The notes under the pieces were generated by a model. That model did no database searches. It was not told where the DNA came from and worked only from the letters and a program-made list of their open reading frames with translations. Below are positions 11,958-22,017 of a stretch of DNA of 64,000 bases, piece by piece. Each line of letters starts with the position of its first letter. Positions within the stretch are counted from its first letter, which is position 1. Both the position numbers and the translations under genes were made by a program. Source of the stretch: Escherichia coli (GTDB lineage: Bacteria > Pseudomonadota > Gammaproteobacteria > Enterobacterales > Enterobacteriaceae). The stretch lies in NCBI RefSeq assembly GCF_003790525.1, contig NZ_CP033635.1; one strand, written 5' to 3'.

Positions 11958-13160
11958 TTAACTGGCTTTTTTAATATGCGGAAGGTCGAATGCTTTGCGC
12001 AGTGCCCGAACAAACGCTTTATCGTGGCAGATAGTTTTGCCAGGGCTGTCAGAAAGTTTCGCCACCGGTTTACCGTTACACTCAACCAACTTAATGACAA
12101 TATTCAGGGGTTTTACCTGGGGGATATCGCAGGTCAGGCGAGTCCCAATACCAAAACTTAATTGCACGCGGGAAGAGAAATGGCGGTATAGCTCAACCGC
12201 TTTGCGTAAATCCAGATTGTCAGAGAAAACCAGCGTTTTACTCTGTGGATCAATTCCCAGCTTCTCATAATGTGCAATGGCTTTTTCACCCCATTCAACC
12301 GGGTCGCCAGAGTCATGACGCAGGCCCTGATAGCGACTGGCGAACTCGACACCGAAATCACGCAGGAAAGCATCCATAGTGATGCAGTCGGTTAATGCAA
12401 TGCCAAGTTGGTCGGGATACTCTTCCAGCCAGGCAGCAAGTGCAGCTCGCTGGCTGTTGGCTAGATCCGGGCTGATTTGCTGATGCGCCTGGAACCATTC
12501 GTGTGCCTGTGTTCCCATCGGCGTGAGGGAAAGCCGGCGCGCCAGATCATAGTTGCTGGTGCCCACGAACCAGGATTCCTGTTGCAGACGCTTAACGATG
12601 GTTTCTTGTACTTCGCGAGAAAAACGGCGGCGGGTGCCAAAATCCATCAGATGGAAGCGCGACATATCAAGACCGGCGGTTAATGCCGAGAAGTCGACTA
12701 ATTTGCTTTCCAGCGTGTCGAGGGCTTGCGCAACGTCGGTCTGCGGTGAGCGATAGCGATGTACCATTTCACTGATAACCGCCAGCAAAGGAACTTCCCA
12801 GAGGATGACTTCACGCCACGGGCCGCTTAAACGAATATCCAGCTTGCCATTATCGTTGGATACGGTGACTTGTTCCGGGTTAAAGCGGAACTCGCGTAAC
12901 CAGTTAAGATAGTCGGCCTGAAAGAAAGGCAGGGCAGAGAGCCACTGATATTCATCATCCTGCAGGCGCAGGTGCTGCATCGCCTGAACCTGTTCACGAA
13001 TAGCATCGGCATAAATACCCAGCAGATCGTCACCTCGGCAACGAAACTCCGCCGCGACATGCACATCGTAATAGTGATGAAACACGGCTTGCTGCATATG
13101 CAACTTATAAGCATCTGTATCCAGCAACGAGTGCAGAACAGGAGAAGCGAATTGTGTCAT
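11958..13160 (-). CDS. pncB: Nicotinate phosphoribosyltransferase, 400 aa
   Basis: Matches PncB from [22 protein letters not shown]; start placed 16 codons inside the ORF-track start. Confidence 0.93.
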   Translation of the reverse strand: MTQFASPVLHSLLDTDAYKLHMQQAVFHHYYDVHVAAEFRCRGDDLLGIYADAIREQVQAMQHLRLQDDEYQWLSALPFFQADYLNWLREFRFNPEQVTVSNDNGKLDIRLSGPWREVILWEVPLLAVISEMVHRYRSPQTDVAQALDTLESKLVDFSALTAGLDMSRFHLMDFGTRRRFSREVQETIVKRLQQESWFVGTSNYDLARRLSLTPMGTQAHEWFQAHQQISPDLANSQRAALAAWLEEYPDQLGIALTDCITMDAFLRDFGVEFASRYQGLRHDSGDPVEWGEKAIAHYEKLGIDPQSKTLVFSDNLDLRKAVELYRHFSSRVQLSFGIGTRLTCDIPQVKPLNIVIKLVECNGKPVAKLSDSPGKTICHDKAFVRALRKAFDLPHIKKAS

Positions 13161-13189
13161 AGGTGCGCAGTAGCGTCCTCGTACAGGAG

Positions 13190-13207
13190 CGTTTAGTACA
13201 ATAAACA
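13190..13207 (-). promoter_or_regulatory. Candidate NadR operator in the pncB promoter
   Basis: Near-palindrome cgTTTAgtacaaTAAACa 30-50 bp upstream of the pncB ATG, resembling the TGTTTA...TAAACA NadR box; pncB is a known NadR target. Confidence 0.45.
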
Positions 13208-13425
13208 TCTTCAGGAACTGCTGGAGTATACCTTGTTTCGCAATTTATTGAACCCCGATCACACCATATGCCACCTTTCTGGTCGATGGCATTACGCGGT
13301 GTATGTTATAAAAATGTAGCAATAAAGGCGTTTGTACCTGAAAAGATGAAGATTCTGCATAGCGCGATTTACGCAACAGGAATAGACTGAACACCAGACT
13401 CTATAAAAGATGCTAAAGGTTATTT

Positions 13426-16038
13426 ATGACTCAACAGCCACAAGCCAAATACCGTCACGATTATCGTGCGCCGGATTACCAGATTACTGATATTGACTTG
13501 ACCTTTGACCTGGACGCGCAAAAGACGGTCGTTACCGCGGTCAGCCAGGCTGTCCGTCATGGTGCATCAGATGCTCCGCTTCGTCTTGATGGCGAAGATC
13601 TTAAACTGGTTTCTGTTCATATTAATGATGAGCCGTGGACCGCCTGGAAAGAAGAAGAGGGCGCACTGGTCATCAGTAATTTGCCGGAGCGTTTTACGCT
13701 TAAGATCGTTAATGAAATTAGCCCGGCGACGAATACCGCGCTGGAAGGGCTTTATCAGTCAGGCGATGCGCTTTGCACCCAGTGTGAAGCCGAAGGTTTC
13801 CGCCATATTACGTATTATCTCGACCGCCCGGACGTGCTGGCGCGTTTTACCACCAAAATTATTGCCGATAAAACCCAATATCCCTTCCTGCTTTCCAACG
13901 GTAACCGCGTTGCGCAAGGCGAACTGGAAAACGGACGTCACTGGGTACAGTGGCAGGACCCGTTCCCTAAACCGTGCTACCTGTTTGCGCTGGTGGCAGG
14001 CGACTTCGACGTGCTGCGCGACACCTTCACCACGCGTTCTGGTCGCGAAGTTGCGCTGGAGCTGTACGTCGATCGCGGCAACCTTGATCGTGCGCCGTGG
14101 GCGATGACCTCGCTGAAAAACTCCATGAAATGGGATGAAGAGCGCTTCGGCCTGGAGTATGACCTCGACATCTATATGATCGTCGCGGTGGATTTCTTCA
14201 ATATGGGCGCAATGGAGAATAAGGGTCTGAATATCTTTAACTCCAAATATGTGCTGGCCCGCACCGATACCGCCACCGACAAAGATTACCTCGATATTGA
14301 ACGCGTTATCGGCCATGAATATTTCCATAACTGGACCGGTAACCGAGTGACCTGCCGCGACTGGTTCCAGCTCAGCCTGAAAGAAGGTTTAACCGTCTTC
14401 CGCGATCAGGAGTTCAGCTCTGACCTTGGTTCTCGCGCGGTAAACCGTATCAACAACGTGCGCACCATGCGCGGATTGCAGTTTGCGGAAGACGCCAGCC
14501 CGATGGCGCACCCGATCCGCCCGGATATGGTCATTGAGATGAACAACTTCTACACCCTGACCGTTTACGAGAAGGGCGCGGAAGTCATTCGCATGATCCA
14601 CACCCTGCTGGGCGAAGAAAACTTCCAGAAAGGGATGCAGCTCTATTTCGAGCGCCATGATGGCAGCGCGGCAACCTGCGACGACTTTGTTCAGGCGATG
14701 GAAGATGCGTCGAATGTCGATCTCTCTCATTTCCGCCGTTGGTACAGCCAGTCCGGTACGCCGGTTGTGACCGTCAAAGACGACTATAATCCGGAAACCG
14801 AGCAGTACACCCTGACCATCAGCCAGCGTACGCCTGCTACGCCGGATCAGGCAGAAAAACAGCCGCTGCATATTCCGTTTGCCATCGAACTGTATGACAA
14901 CGAAGGCAAAGTGATCCCGTTGCAAAAAGGCGGTCATCCGGTGAATTCGGTGCTGAACGTCACCCAGGCGGAACAGACCTTTGTCTTTGATAATGTCTAC
15001 TTTCAGCCGGTGCCTGCGCTGCTGTGCGAATTCTCTGCGCCAGTGAAACTGGAATATAAGTGGAGCGATCAGCAACTGACCTTCCTGATGCGCCATGCGC
15101 GTAATGATTTCTCCCGCTGGGATGCGGCGCAAAGCCTGCTGGCAACCTACATCAAGCTAAACGTCGCCCGTCATCAGCAAGGGCAGCCGCTGTCTCTGCC
15201 GGTGCATGTGGCTGACGCTTTCCGCGCGGTGCTGCTCGATGAGAAGATTGATCCGGCGCTGGCGGCAGAAATCCTGACGCTGCCTTCTGTCAATGAAATG
15301 GCTGAACTGTTCGATATCATCGACCCGATTGCTATTGCCGAAGTACGCGAAGCACTCACTCGTACTCTGGCGACTGAACTGGCGGATGAGCTGCTGGCTA
15401 TTTACAACGCGAATTACCAGAGCGAGTACCGTGTTGAGCATGAAGATATTGCGAAACGCACTCTGCGTAATGCCTGCCTGCGCTTCCTTGCTTTTGGTGA
15501 AACGCATCTGGCTGACGTGCTGGTGAGCAAGCAGTTCCACGAAGCGAACAATATGACCGATGCGCTGGCGGCGCTTTCTGCGGCGGTTGCCGCACAACTG
15601 CCATGCCGTGATGCGCTGATGCAGGAATACGACGATAAGTGGCATCTGGACGGTCTGGTGATGGATAAATGGTTTATCCTGCAAGCCACCAGCCCGGCGG
15701 CGAATGTGCTGGAGACGGTGCGCGGTCTGTTGCAGCATCGCTCATTTACCATGAGCAACCCGAACCGCATTCGTTCGTTGATTGGCGCGTTTGCGGGCAG
15801 CAACCCGGCAGCGTTCCATGCCGAAGATGGCAGCGGTTATCAGTTCCTTGTGGAAATGCTTACCGACCTCAACAGCCGTAACCCGCAGGTGGCATCGCGC
15901 CTGATTGAGCCGCTGATTCGCCTGAAACGTTACGATGCCAAACGTCAGGAGAAAATGCGCGCGGCGCTGGAGCAGTTGAAAGGGCTGGAAAATCTCTCTG
16001 GCGATCTGTACGAGAAGATCACCAAAGCACTGGCTTGA
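13426..16038 (+). CDS. pepN: Aminopeptidase N (M1 zinc metallopeptidase), 870 aa
   Basis: HEYFHNW (HExxH) zinc-binding motif plus downstream glutamate; length and sequence match PepN. Confidence 0.96.
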   Translation: MTQQPQAKYRHDYRAPDYQITDIDLTFDLDAQKTVVTAVSQAVRHGASDAPLRLDGEDLKLVSVHINDEPWTAWKEEEGALVISNLPERFTLKIVNEISPATNTALEGLYQSGDALCTQCEAEGFRHITYYLDRPDVLARFTTKIIADKTQYPFLLSNGNRVAQGELENGRHWVQWQDPFPKPCYLFALVAGDFDVLRDTFTTRSGREVALELYVDRGNLDRAPWAMTSLKNSMKWDEERFGLEYDLDIYMIVAVDFFNMGAMENKGLNIFNSKYVLARTDTATDKDYLDIERVIGHEYFHNWTGNRVTCRDWFQLSLKEGLTVFRDQEFSSDLGSRAVNRINNVRTMRGLQFAEDASPMAHPIRPDMVIEMNNFYTLTVYEKGAEVIRMIHTLLGEENFQKGMQLYFERHDGSAATCDDFVQAMEDASNVDLSHFRRWYSQSGTPVVTVKDDYNPETEQYTLTISQRTPATPDQAEKQPLHIPFAIELYDNEGKVIPLQKGGHPVNSVLNVTQAEQTFVFDNVYFQPVPALLCEFSAPVKLEYKWSDQQLTFLMRHARNDFSRWDAAQSLLATYIKLNVARHQQGQPLSLPVHVADAFRAVLLDEKIDPALAAEILTLPSVNEMAELFDIIDPIAIAEVREALTRTLATELADELLAIYNANYQSEYRVEHEDIAKRTLRNACLRFLAFGETHLADVLVSKQFHEANNMTDALAALSAAVAAQLPCRDALMQEYDDKWHLDGLVMDKWFILQATSPAANVLETVRGLLQHRSFTMSNPNRIRSLIGAFAGSNPAAFHAEDGSGYQFLVEMLTDLNSRNPQVASRLIEPLIRLKRYDAKRQEKMRAALEQLKGLENLSGDLYEKITKALA

Positions 16039-16045
16039 TAAATAA

Positions 16046-16075
16046 CCGAATGGCGGCAATAGCGCCGCCATTCGG
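16046..16075. terminator. Bidirectional terminator hairpin between convergent pepN and ssuB
   Basis: Perfect 12-bp inverted repeat ccgaatggcggc / gccgccattcgg around a 6-nt loop, in the 42-bp gap between the two stop codons. Confidence 0.65.
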
Positions 16076-16080
16076 GGAAT

Positions 16081-16848
16081 TTACCCCTGTTTTCTCAGGC
16101 GAATTTCAGATTCACCACGCTGCATCACCCTTTGCAACACTTCCGATTCCAGCTCCGCTAATCGCACCGACCCTAATCGACGCGGACGGGGGATATCCAC
16201 TGTCAAATCCAGACCAATTTTTCCCTCTTCAATTAATAACACCCGGTCAGCCATTGCTACCGCTTCGCTCACATCATGCGTCACCAGCAAAACGGTAAAA
16301 CCGTGCTTCTGCCAAAGCGACACAATCAAATCCTGCATCTCGAGTCGCGTTAAAGCGTCCAGCGCACCGAGTGGTTCATCAAGTAACAATAAACCCGGTC
16401 GATGAATCAGCGCCCTTGCCAGCGCCACACGTTGTTTCTGCCCGCCAGAAAGTGCGGCAGGCCATTCCCCGGCGCGATTCTCCAGTCCTACCGCAGCCAG
16501 AGCCTGACGCGCCGCATCGCGCCACTGGCCTTTAAGGCCTAACCCAACGTTATCAATCACCGATTTCCACGGCAGCAGACGCGCGTCCTGAAACATCATT
16601 CGCGTATCATCCTGAATCTCAGCCAGCGGTGTGGTGCCCGCTAACACGTCGCCTGCGGTTGGCGTTTCCAGACCTGCCAGCAGGCGCAGCAGGGTACTTT
16701 TGCCACCACCGCTGCGGCCCACCACCGCCACAAACTGACCTGCCGGAATATGTAAATCCAGTTGGTTCAGGACGATATTTTCCGCGTAATGTTTGCTTAC
16801 TGCATTGAGCAACAATGGTGTGCCCTGGTTCAGACGAGCAGTATTCAT
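16081..16848 (-). CDS. ssuB: Aliphatic sulfonate ABC transporter ATP-binding protein, 255 aa
   Basis: Walker [13 protein letters not shown] signature LSGGQKQR; last gene of the ssuEADCB operon. Confidence 0.93.
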   Translation of the reverse strand: MNTARLNQGTPLLLNAVSKHYAENIVLNQLDLHIPAGQFVAVVGRSGGGKSTLLRLLAGLETPTAGDVLAGTTPLAEIQDDTRMMFQDARLLPWKSVIDNVGLGLKGQWRDAARQALAAVGLENRAGEWPAALSGGQKQRVALARALIHRPGLLLLDEPLGALDALTRLEMQDLIVSLWQKHGFTVLLVTHDVSEAVAMADRVLLIEEGKIGLDLTVDIPRPRRLGSVRLAELESEVLQRVMQRGESEIRLRKQG

Positions 16849-17636
16849 ACCGTGGCCTCCTTCAAATGATAAGCCGGGTTCCAGCGCAACCAGAGACGCT
16901 CTAACAGCTGCGCGCTGACGTCAGCAAGTTTGCCGAGCAGGGCGTAAAGAATAATAGCGACTACCACCACGTCCGTTTGCAGAAACTCCCGCGCATTCAT
17001 CGCCAGATAACCAATGCCGGAATTGGCAGAAATAGTTTCGGCAACGATCAGCGTCAGCCACATCAGGCCCAAAGCAAAACGCACACCGACCATAATTGAG
17101 GGCAGGGCACCAGGCAGGATCACATGGATAAACAGCGGTATGCCGGATAATCCATAGCTACGTGCCATCTCCACCAGCCCACGGTCGATATTACGGATGC
17201 CATGCCAGGTGTTGATATAAATGGGGAATAGCGTACCGAGCGCCACCAGAAAGATTTTTGCGGATTCATCAATGCCAAACCACAAAATCACCAGCGGGAT
17301 CAGCGCCAGATGCGGCACGTTGCGCAACATCTGAATGGAGGTATCCAGCAGCCGTTCTCCCCAGCGCGACAGCCCGCTAATCAGTCCCAGAATCAACCCC
17401 AGCGATCCGCCAATTGAAAAGCCAATCAACGCCCGCCAGGAGCTGATCGCCAGATGCTGCCACAATTCGCCGCTGGCAGAGAGCGTCCAGAACGCCATCA
17501 CCACTCCTTCCGGTGAGGGCAAAATACGCGTCGATAGCCAGCCAACCGAGGAGGCCAGTTGCCACACCGCCACGATGCCCACCGGTAAAAACCAGGGGGC
17601 AACGCGCAATAACCACTTCTTCACTGGCGTTGCCAT
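16845..17636 (-). CDS. ssuC: Aliphatic sulfonate ABC transporter permease
   Basis: Multi-pass membrane protein; stop overlaps the ssuB start by 4 nt; start could be either of two adjacent Met codons (17636 or 17639). Confidence 0.9.
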   Translation of the reverse strand: MATPVKKWLLRVAPWFLPVGIVAVWQLASSVGWLSTRILPSPEGVVMAFWTLSASGELWQHLAISSWRALIGFSIGGSLGLILGLISGLSRWGERLLDTSIQMLRNVPHLALIPLVILWFGIDESAKIFLVALGTLFPIYINTWHGIRNIDRGLVEMARSYGLSGIPLFIHVILPGALPSIMVGVRFALGLMWLTLIVAETISANSGIGYLAMNAREFLQTDVVVVAIILYALLGKLADVSAQLLERLWLRWNPAYHLKEATV

Positions 17637-17647
17637 CATCGTGTTCC

Positions 17648-18793
17648 TTAGCTTTGCGCGACGTTACGGGGGATAAAATCATTCGCCACCGCTTCGCCTT
17701 GCGGATTCAGCGGTTGTGGCTGGGGAATTTCCGGGATGGCGACATCCAGATGTGGGAACAGTAACTCGCCGACCCGATACGCTTCTTCCAGATGCGGGTA
17801 GCCCGAAAGCACAAAACTGTCGATGCCAAGTGCAGCGTATTCGTTGATTCGCGCGGCGACCGTAGGACCATCGCCCACCAGCGCCGTCCCGGCACCGCCG
17901 CGCACTAAGCCAACACCCGCCCATAAATTGGGGCTAATCTCCAGATTGTCGCGCTTGCCGTTATGTAGCGCCGCCATTCGCTGTTGTCCTACGGAATCCG
18001 TTCGGGCGAATGCGGCCTGTGCTTTGGCGATAGTTTCATCATCAAGATGCGAGATTAACCGCTCGGCGGCCTGCCACGCTTCGCCGTTGGTTTCACGAAC
18101 AATCACATGCAGACGAATACCGAAACGAATTTTGCGTCCATGCGCGGCAGCTTTCGCCCGCACTTGTTCGATTTTCTCTTTTACCAGTTCCGGTGGTTCG
18201 CCCCAGGTGAGGTAGAGATCAACTTGTTCTGCCGCCAGCTCCTGGGCGACATCTGACGATCCGCCAAAGTAAAGCGGAGGATACGGCTGTTGAATCGGCG
18301 GGAAGAGCAGTTTGGCTCCGCGTACATGAATATGTTTGCCGTTGAAATCCACTGTCTCGCCAAGCAACAACCGCCGCCAGACTTGGGTAAATTCTGCCGA
18401 GGCTTCGTAACGCTCGCTATGATCAAGGAACACGCCGTCGCCTGCCAGTTCTTGGGGATCGCTGCCTGTGACCAGGTTAAACAACGCACGTCCGTTAGAG
18501 AGACGGTCAAGCGTGGCGGCCTGGCGGGCGGCAACGGTAGGCGATGTCACACTGGGGCGCAGGGCGACAAGAAACTTCAGCCGTTGTGTCACCGGGATCA
18601 TCGACGCCGCCACCAGCCACGCATCTTCACACGATCGCCCCGTCGGGATCAGCACACCGGTATAGCCCAGACGATCCGCCGCTTGCGCAATTTGTTGCAG
18701 ATAACCGTGATCAACCGGACGTGAACCTTCTTCCGTTCCCAGATAATGCCCGTCACCGTGGGTCGGTAAAAACCAGAACATATTCAGACTCAT
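17648..18793 (-). CDS. ssuD: FMNH2-dependent alkanesulfonate monooxygenase, 381 aa
   Basis: Luciferase-like monooxygenase sequence matching SsuD. Confidence 0.93.
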   Translation of the reverse strand: MSLNMFWFLPTHGDGHYLGTEEGSRPVDHGYLQQIAQAADRLGYTGVLIPTGRSCEDAWLVAASMIPVTQRLKFLVALRPSVTSPTVAARQAATLDRLSNGRALFNLVTGSDPQELAGDGVFLDHSERYEASAEFTQVWRRLLLGETVDFNGKHIHVRGAKLLFPPIQQPYPPLYFGGSSDVAQELAAEQVDLYLTWGEPPELVKEKIEQVRAKAAAHGRKIRFGIRLHVIVRETNGEAWQAAERLISHLDDETIAKAQAAFARTDSVGQQRMAALHNGKRDNLEISPNLWAGVGLVRGGAGTALVGDGPTVAARINEYAALGIDSFVLSGYPHLEEAYRVGELLFPHLDVAIPEIPQPQPLNPQGEAVANDFIPRNVAQS

Positions 18794-19749
18794 AATTGTT
18801 TTCCTTCCAGTTGAGTGGGTTGCCAGATGCGCTGGCGAATATCGACTTTTTTCGGCACCAGACGGTTTTCATAAAACAGATCTGCCGTTTGCTGCTGTAA
18901 GGCGGCAACTTCAGCGCTCAACGGTTTGATGGTGGTGGGAGGACGATGATCCAGATACGAGGCAATAACCGGTGCCGGTAAGCCCATCGTTTTTGCCAGT
19001 AAAGCGATGCTTTGTTCGCGCTGGCTGCGGGTTAACGCATCGGCCTCACTAAAGGTTGCCAGTACGCCCTGAATAAAAGCGCCGTTTTTTTCTGCATACG
19101 GACGGGCTGCCAGATAAAACGATCCGGTTTGATTGAGATCGGTGCCGTCTTTCAACACCCGCACGCCGCCCTGTAATAATGCAGCGGAGTAGTAGGGATC
19201 CCAGATAGCCCAGGCGTCAACGTTACCTTGCTGGAACGCGGCGCGGGCATCGGCAGGCGTCAGGTAAGTGGGCTGGATATCCGTGAATTTAAGCCCGGCC
19301 TGGCGTAGTGCGCGTAGTAAAAGATTGTGCGAGCTGGAACCTTTCTGAAAGGCAACTTTATGACCTTTAAGATCGGCTACGGTTTTGATTGGGCTGTTAT
19401 CTGCCACCAGAATCACTTCGGCTTTGGGCTTCGGCGGCTCGACGCCCACGTACACCAAATCAGCCCCGGCAGCCTGGGCAAAGATTGGCGGAATATCCCC
19501 GGTACTGCCGAGATCAATACTGCCAACGTTTAACGCCTCCAGCATCTGTGGGCCAGCCGGGAACTCCACCCAGGAGATTTTTGTTTGCGGATAGCGTTTT
19601 TCCAGTAATTGGTGGCTTTTTGCCAGCACCATACCAATACTGCCTTTCTGATAGCCAATTCGTAACGCCTCTGGCGAAGACTCCGCGGCAACAGCAAGTG
19701 TAGAGACGCTAAGTAAACCCGCCAGCACCAGTTTAATGAGCTTACGCAT
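18790..19749 (-). CDS. ssuA: Aliphatic sulfonate periplasmic binding protein, 319 aa
   Basis: Signal peptide [21 protein letters not shown]; start placed at the internal Met matching the known N-terminus. Confidence 0.9.
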   Translation of the reverse strand: MRKLIKLVLAGLLSVSTLAVAAESSPEALRIGYQKGSIGMVLAKSHQLLEKRYPQTKISWVEFPAGPQMLEALNVGSIDLGSTGDIPPIFAQAAGADLVYVGVEPPKPKAEVILVADNSPIKTVADLKGHKVAFQKGSSSHNLLLRALRQAGLKFTDIQPTYLTPADARAAFQQGNVDAWAIWDPYYSAALLQGGVRVLKDGTDLNQTGSFYLAARPYAEKNGAFIQGVLATFSEADALTRSQREQSIALLAKTMGLPAPVIASYLDHRPPTTIKPLSAEVAALQQQTADLFYENRLVPKKVDIRQRIWQPTQLEGKQL

Positions 19750-20317
19750 GGGCATTACCTCGCAGAGACAGTAGGTCAGGAACCTGAACATCGCGGCGGT
19801 GCAACGCCTGACAGAAAGTTTCTAGCGCGGTATCAAGACGGGTTTGCAGATTTGGCGTGAATAGCGGCTTGTGCTGGTAATCAATCACCTGCGAGTCATC
19901 GGCAAACACGCCGTGCAGGATCTCCTGGGCTTTCAACGCACTTAAAACTGGATTTAGGGCATAATCGACCGCCAGTAGATGAGCCACGGTGCCGCCCGTC
20001 GCCAGCGGCAACACGACTTTGCCTTGCAGCGCGCGTTCTGGCAGCAGGTCGAGGAGCGTTTTCAGTGCACCGGAATAGGCTGCTTTATACACAGGCGTGG
20101 CGACAATCAGCCCATCAGCCTGTTGCAGCTGTTCGGTGAAGGTCTTGAGTGCCGGACTATCGAAACGGGCATAAAGCAGATCTTCCGGGGCGAAGTTTTG
20201 CAGATTCCAGTGATAAATCTCTACATCCAGGCCATTTAGTTTTTCCCGCGCATATTCCAGCAAGGAGCTGGAGCGAGAAGGAAAGCGAGGACTTCCTGCC
20301 AGGGTGATGACACGCAT
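19742..20317 (-). CDS. ssuE: NADPH-dependent FMN reductase, 191 aa
   Basis: Flavin reductase fold; first gene of the ssu operon; 8-nt overlap with the ssuA start. Confidence 0.92.
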   Translation of the reverse strand: MRVITLAGSPRFPSRSSSLLEYAREKLNGLDVEIYHWNLQNFAPEDLLYARFDSPALKTFTEQLQQADGLIVATPVYKAAYSGALKTLLDLLPERALQGKVVLPLATGGTVAHLLAVDYALNPVLSALKAQEILHGVFADDSQVIDYQHKPLFTPNLQTRLDTALETFCQALHRRDVQVPDLLSLRGNAHA

Positions 20318-20671
20318 ACTCTCTCCTTATAACCAATTGTTCTTGTTTTGTTAACATTGATAACAATTCGGTCAGTCTGTCGGAGAGACAAGAGAATGCC
20401 AAATATAAATTTTGTGTATCTTTTTCTGAAAATGAACTAAGGATTGAGGGATATATATCACGTGTATTTATTTATTGGATATTCAATAGATGTTGAATCA
20501 ATGAATTACTCGTTCAGGTAATAAAGAAAGATTCATGGAATCTATAAATAAAAGATTTGTCACGTATTGAGTAAACACTACTGGTTTAAATGGCGGTCAT
20601 TTGTTGTTATTATTAAGTCCAATGTCATTTGCAGGCATTATCATATTTACGAAAAAATCAGGATGATAACG
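20318..20671. promoter_or_regulatory. AT-rich divergent control region between ssuE and elfA
   Basis: About 350 bp of strongly AT-rich sequence separating the divergent operons; compatible with the Cbl/CysB-dependent ssu promoter and H-NS-silenced elf promoter. Confidence 0.5.
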
Positions 20672-21211
20672 ATGAAAAAAAATGTATTGGCGGCGTTTAT
20701 AACTGTGATATGTACAACTTCAAGTGTTATGGCGGCTGATGATAATGCCATCACGGATGGCTCGGTTACGTTTAATGGTAAAGTCATTGCTCCTGCCTGT
20801 ACGCTGGTTGCTGCGACGAAAGATTCCGTGGTGACTTTACCAGATGTTAGTGCAACGAAGTTGCAAAGTAATGGTCAGGTTTCTGGGGTGCAAACTGATG
20901 TGCCAATTGCATTAGAAGATTGTGATATTACCGTAACAAAAAATGCAACGTTCACTTTTAATGGCACAGCGGATACTACGCAGATTACAGCGTTTGCTAA
21001 CCAGGCCTCATCTGAGGCTGCTACAAACGTGGCCCTGCAAATGTATATGAATGATGGTACAACGGTCATTACGCCAGACACAGAAACCGGGAATATTTTG
21101 TTGCAGAGTGGAAATCAAACGCTAACTTTTAAAGTAGATTATATCGCTACGGGTAAAGCGACGTCAGGTAATGTCAATGCGGTAACAAATTTCCATATTA
21201 ATTATTATTAA
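20672..21211 (+). CDS. elfA: Fimbrial major subunit ElfA (YcbQ), 179 aa
   Basis: Signal peptide MKKNVLAAFITVICTTSSVMA, conserved pilin cysteine pair, C-terminal aromatic donor strand; RBS (agga) 6-9 nt upstream of this ATG; the ORF-track upstream extension is rejected. Confidence 0.9.
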   Translation: MKKNVLAAFITVICTTSSVMAADDNAITDGSVTFNGKVIAPACTLVAATKDSVVTLPDVSATKLQSNGQVSGVQTDVPIALEDCDITVTKNATFTFNGTADTTQITAFANQASSEAATNVALQMYMNDGTTVITPDTETGNILLQSGNQTLTFKVDYIATGKATSGNVNAVTNFHINYY

Positions 21212-21241
21212 TATCAGCCATTAATTTTTAATTAATTAATA

Positions 21242-21277
21242 CCCTTCCAGTGTCCTGGAGGGGATATTCATTTTTTT
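21242..21277 (+). terminator. Intra-operon attenuator/terminator hairpin after elfA
   Basis: 9-bp stem cccuuccag / cuggagggg (one G-U pair) with a 5-nt loop followed by auauucauuuuuuu; such partial terminators after major pilin genes set the subunit:assembly-protein ratio. Confidence 0.6.
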
Positions 21278-21291
21278 AAGAGTGACTATTT

Positions 21292-21993
21292 ATGAAAACT
21301 TGCATAACAAAGGGAATTGTGACCGTAAGTTTAACGGCAATATTACTCAGCTGTTCGTTCACATGGGCGGCAGGTAAAGGTGGGGTCGGACTTGCAGCAA
21401 CACGTCTTGTTTATTCGGAAGGTGAAGAGCAAATTTCACTGGGTGTACGTAACACCAGTCCGGATGTTCCTTATCTGATTCAGTCATGGGTGATGACACC
21501 AGATAATAAAAAGTCAGCGGACTTTATTATTACACCACCGCTATTTGTGCTGAATCCGGCAAACGAGAACCTGCTACGCATTATGTACATTGGCGCGCCG
21601 TTGGCGAAAGACAGAGAAACTCTTTTCTTCACCAGCGTACGGGCAGTCCCTTCAACAACGAAGCGGGAAGAAGGCAATACCCTGAAGATTGCCACACAAA
21701 GCGTCATCAAACTTTTCTGGCGACCAAAAGGTTTAGCGTATCCCTTAGCCGAGGCTCCGGCGAAACTACGTTGCACTTCGTCAGCTGACATGGTTACGGT
21801 CAGTAACCCAACACCTTATTTCATTACCCTGACAGACCTGAAAATAGGTGGAAAAGTAGTTAAAAATCAAATGATTTCCCCCTTTGATAAATACCAATTC
21901 TCTCTGCCAATGGGTGCCAAAAACAGCAGCGTAACGTACCGAACTATCAATGACTACGGGGCGGAAACGCCGCAACTCAACTGTAAATCGTAA
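21292..21993 (+). CDS. elfD: Periplasmic pilus chaperone ElfD (YcbR), 233 aa
   Basis: PapD-like chaperone fold with signal peptide. Confidence 0.9.
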   Translation: MKTCITKGIVTVSLTAILLSCSFTWAAGKGGVGLAATRLVYSEGEEQISLGVRNTSPDVPYLIQSWVMTPDNKKSADFIITPPLFVLNPANENLLRIMYIGAPLAKDRETLFFTSVRAVPSTTKREEGNTLKIATQSVIKLFWRPKGLAYPLAEAPAKLRCTSSADMVTVSNPTPYFITLTDLKIGGKVVKNQMISPFDKYQFSLPMGAKNSSVTYRTINDYGAETPQLNCKS

Positions 21994-22017
21994 TTCGTCT
22001 TCATTTAAGAGAGCGAG

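Noticed and set aside
13989-13996. Chi (GCTGGTGG) octamers on the plus strand (also near 22082, 26784 and 47794)
   Set aside because: Chi sites occur at high frequency throughout E. coli; these occurrences carry no special significance and were not exhaustively enumerated.
14389-15132. 247-aa minus-strand ORF inside pepN (and the similar 13759-14328 ORF)
   Set aside because: Antisense artefacts within a 2.6-kb gene whose sense frame carries the HExxH peptidase motif.
20567-20671. N-terminal extension of elfA in the ORF track (and similar extensions of asnS, pncB, ssuA, ycbV, ycbF, pyrD, zapC, pqiB, ompA, sulA, helD, mgsA, yccU, hspQ, acyP, hyaA, hyaF)
   Set aside because: These upstream in-frame Met codons lack RBS support and would prepend non-native residues to known signal peptides or N-termini; the internal ATG reproducing the known N-terminus was used instead.
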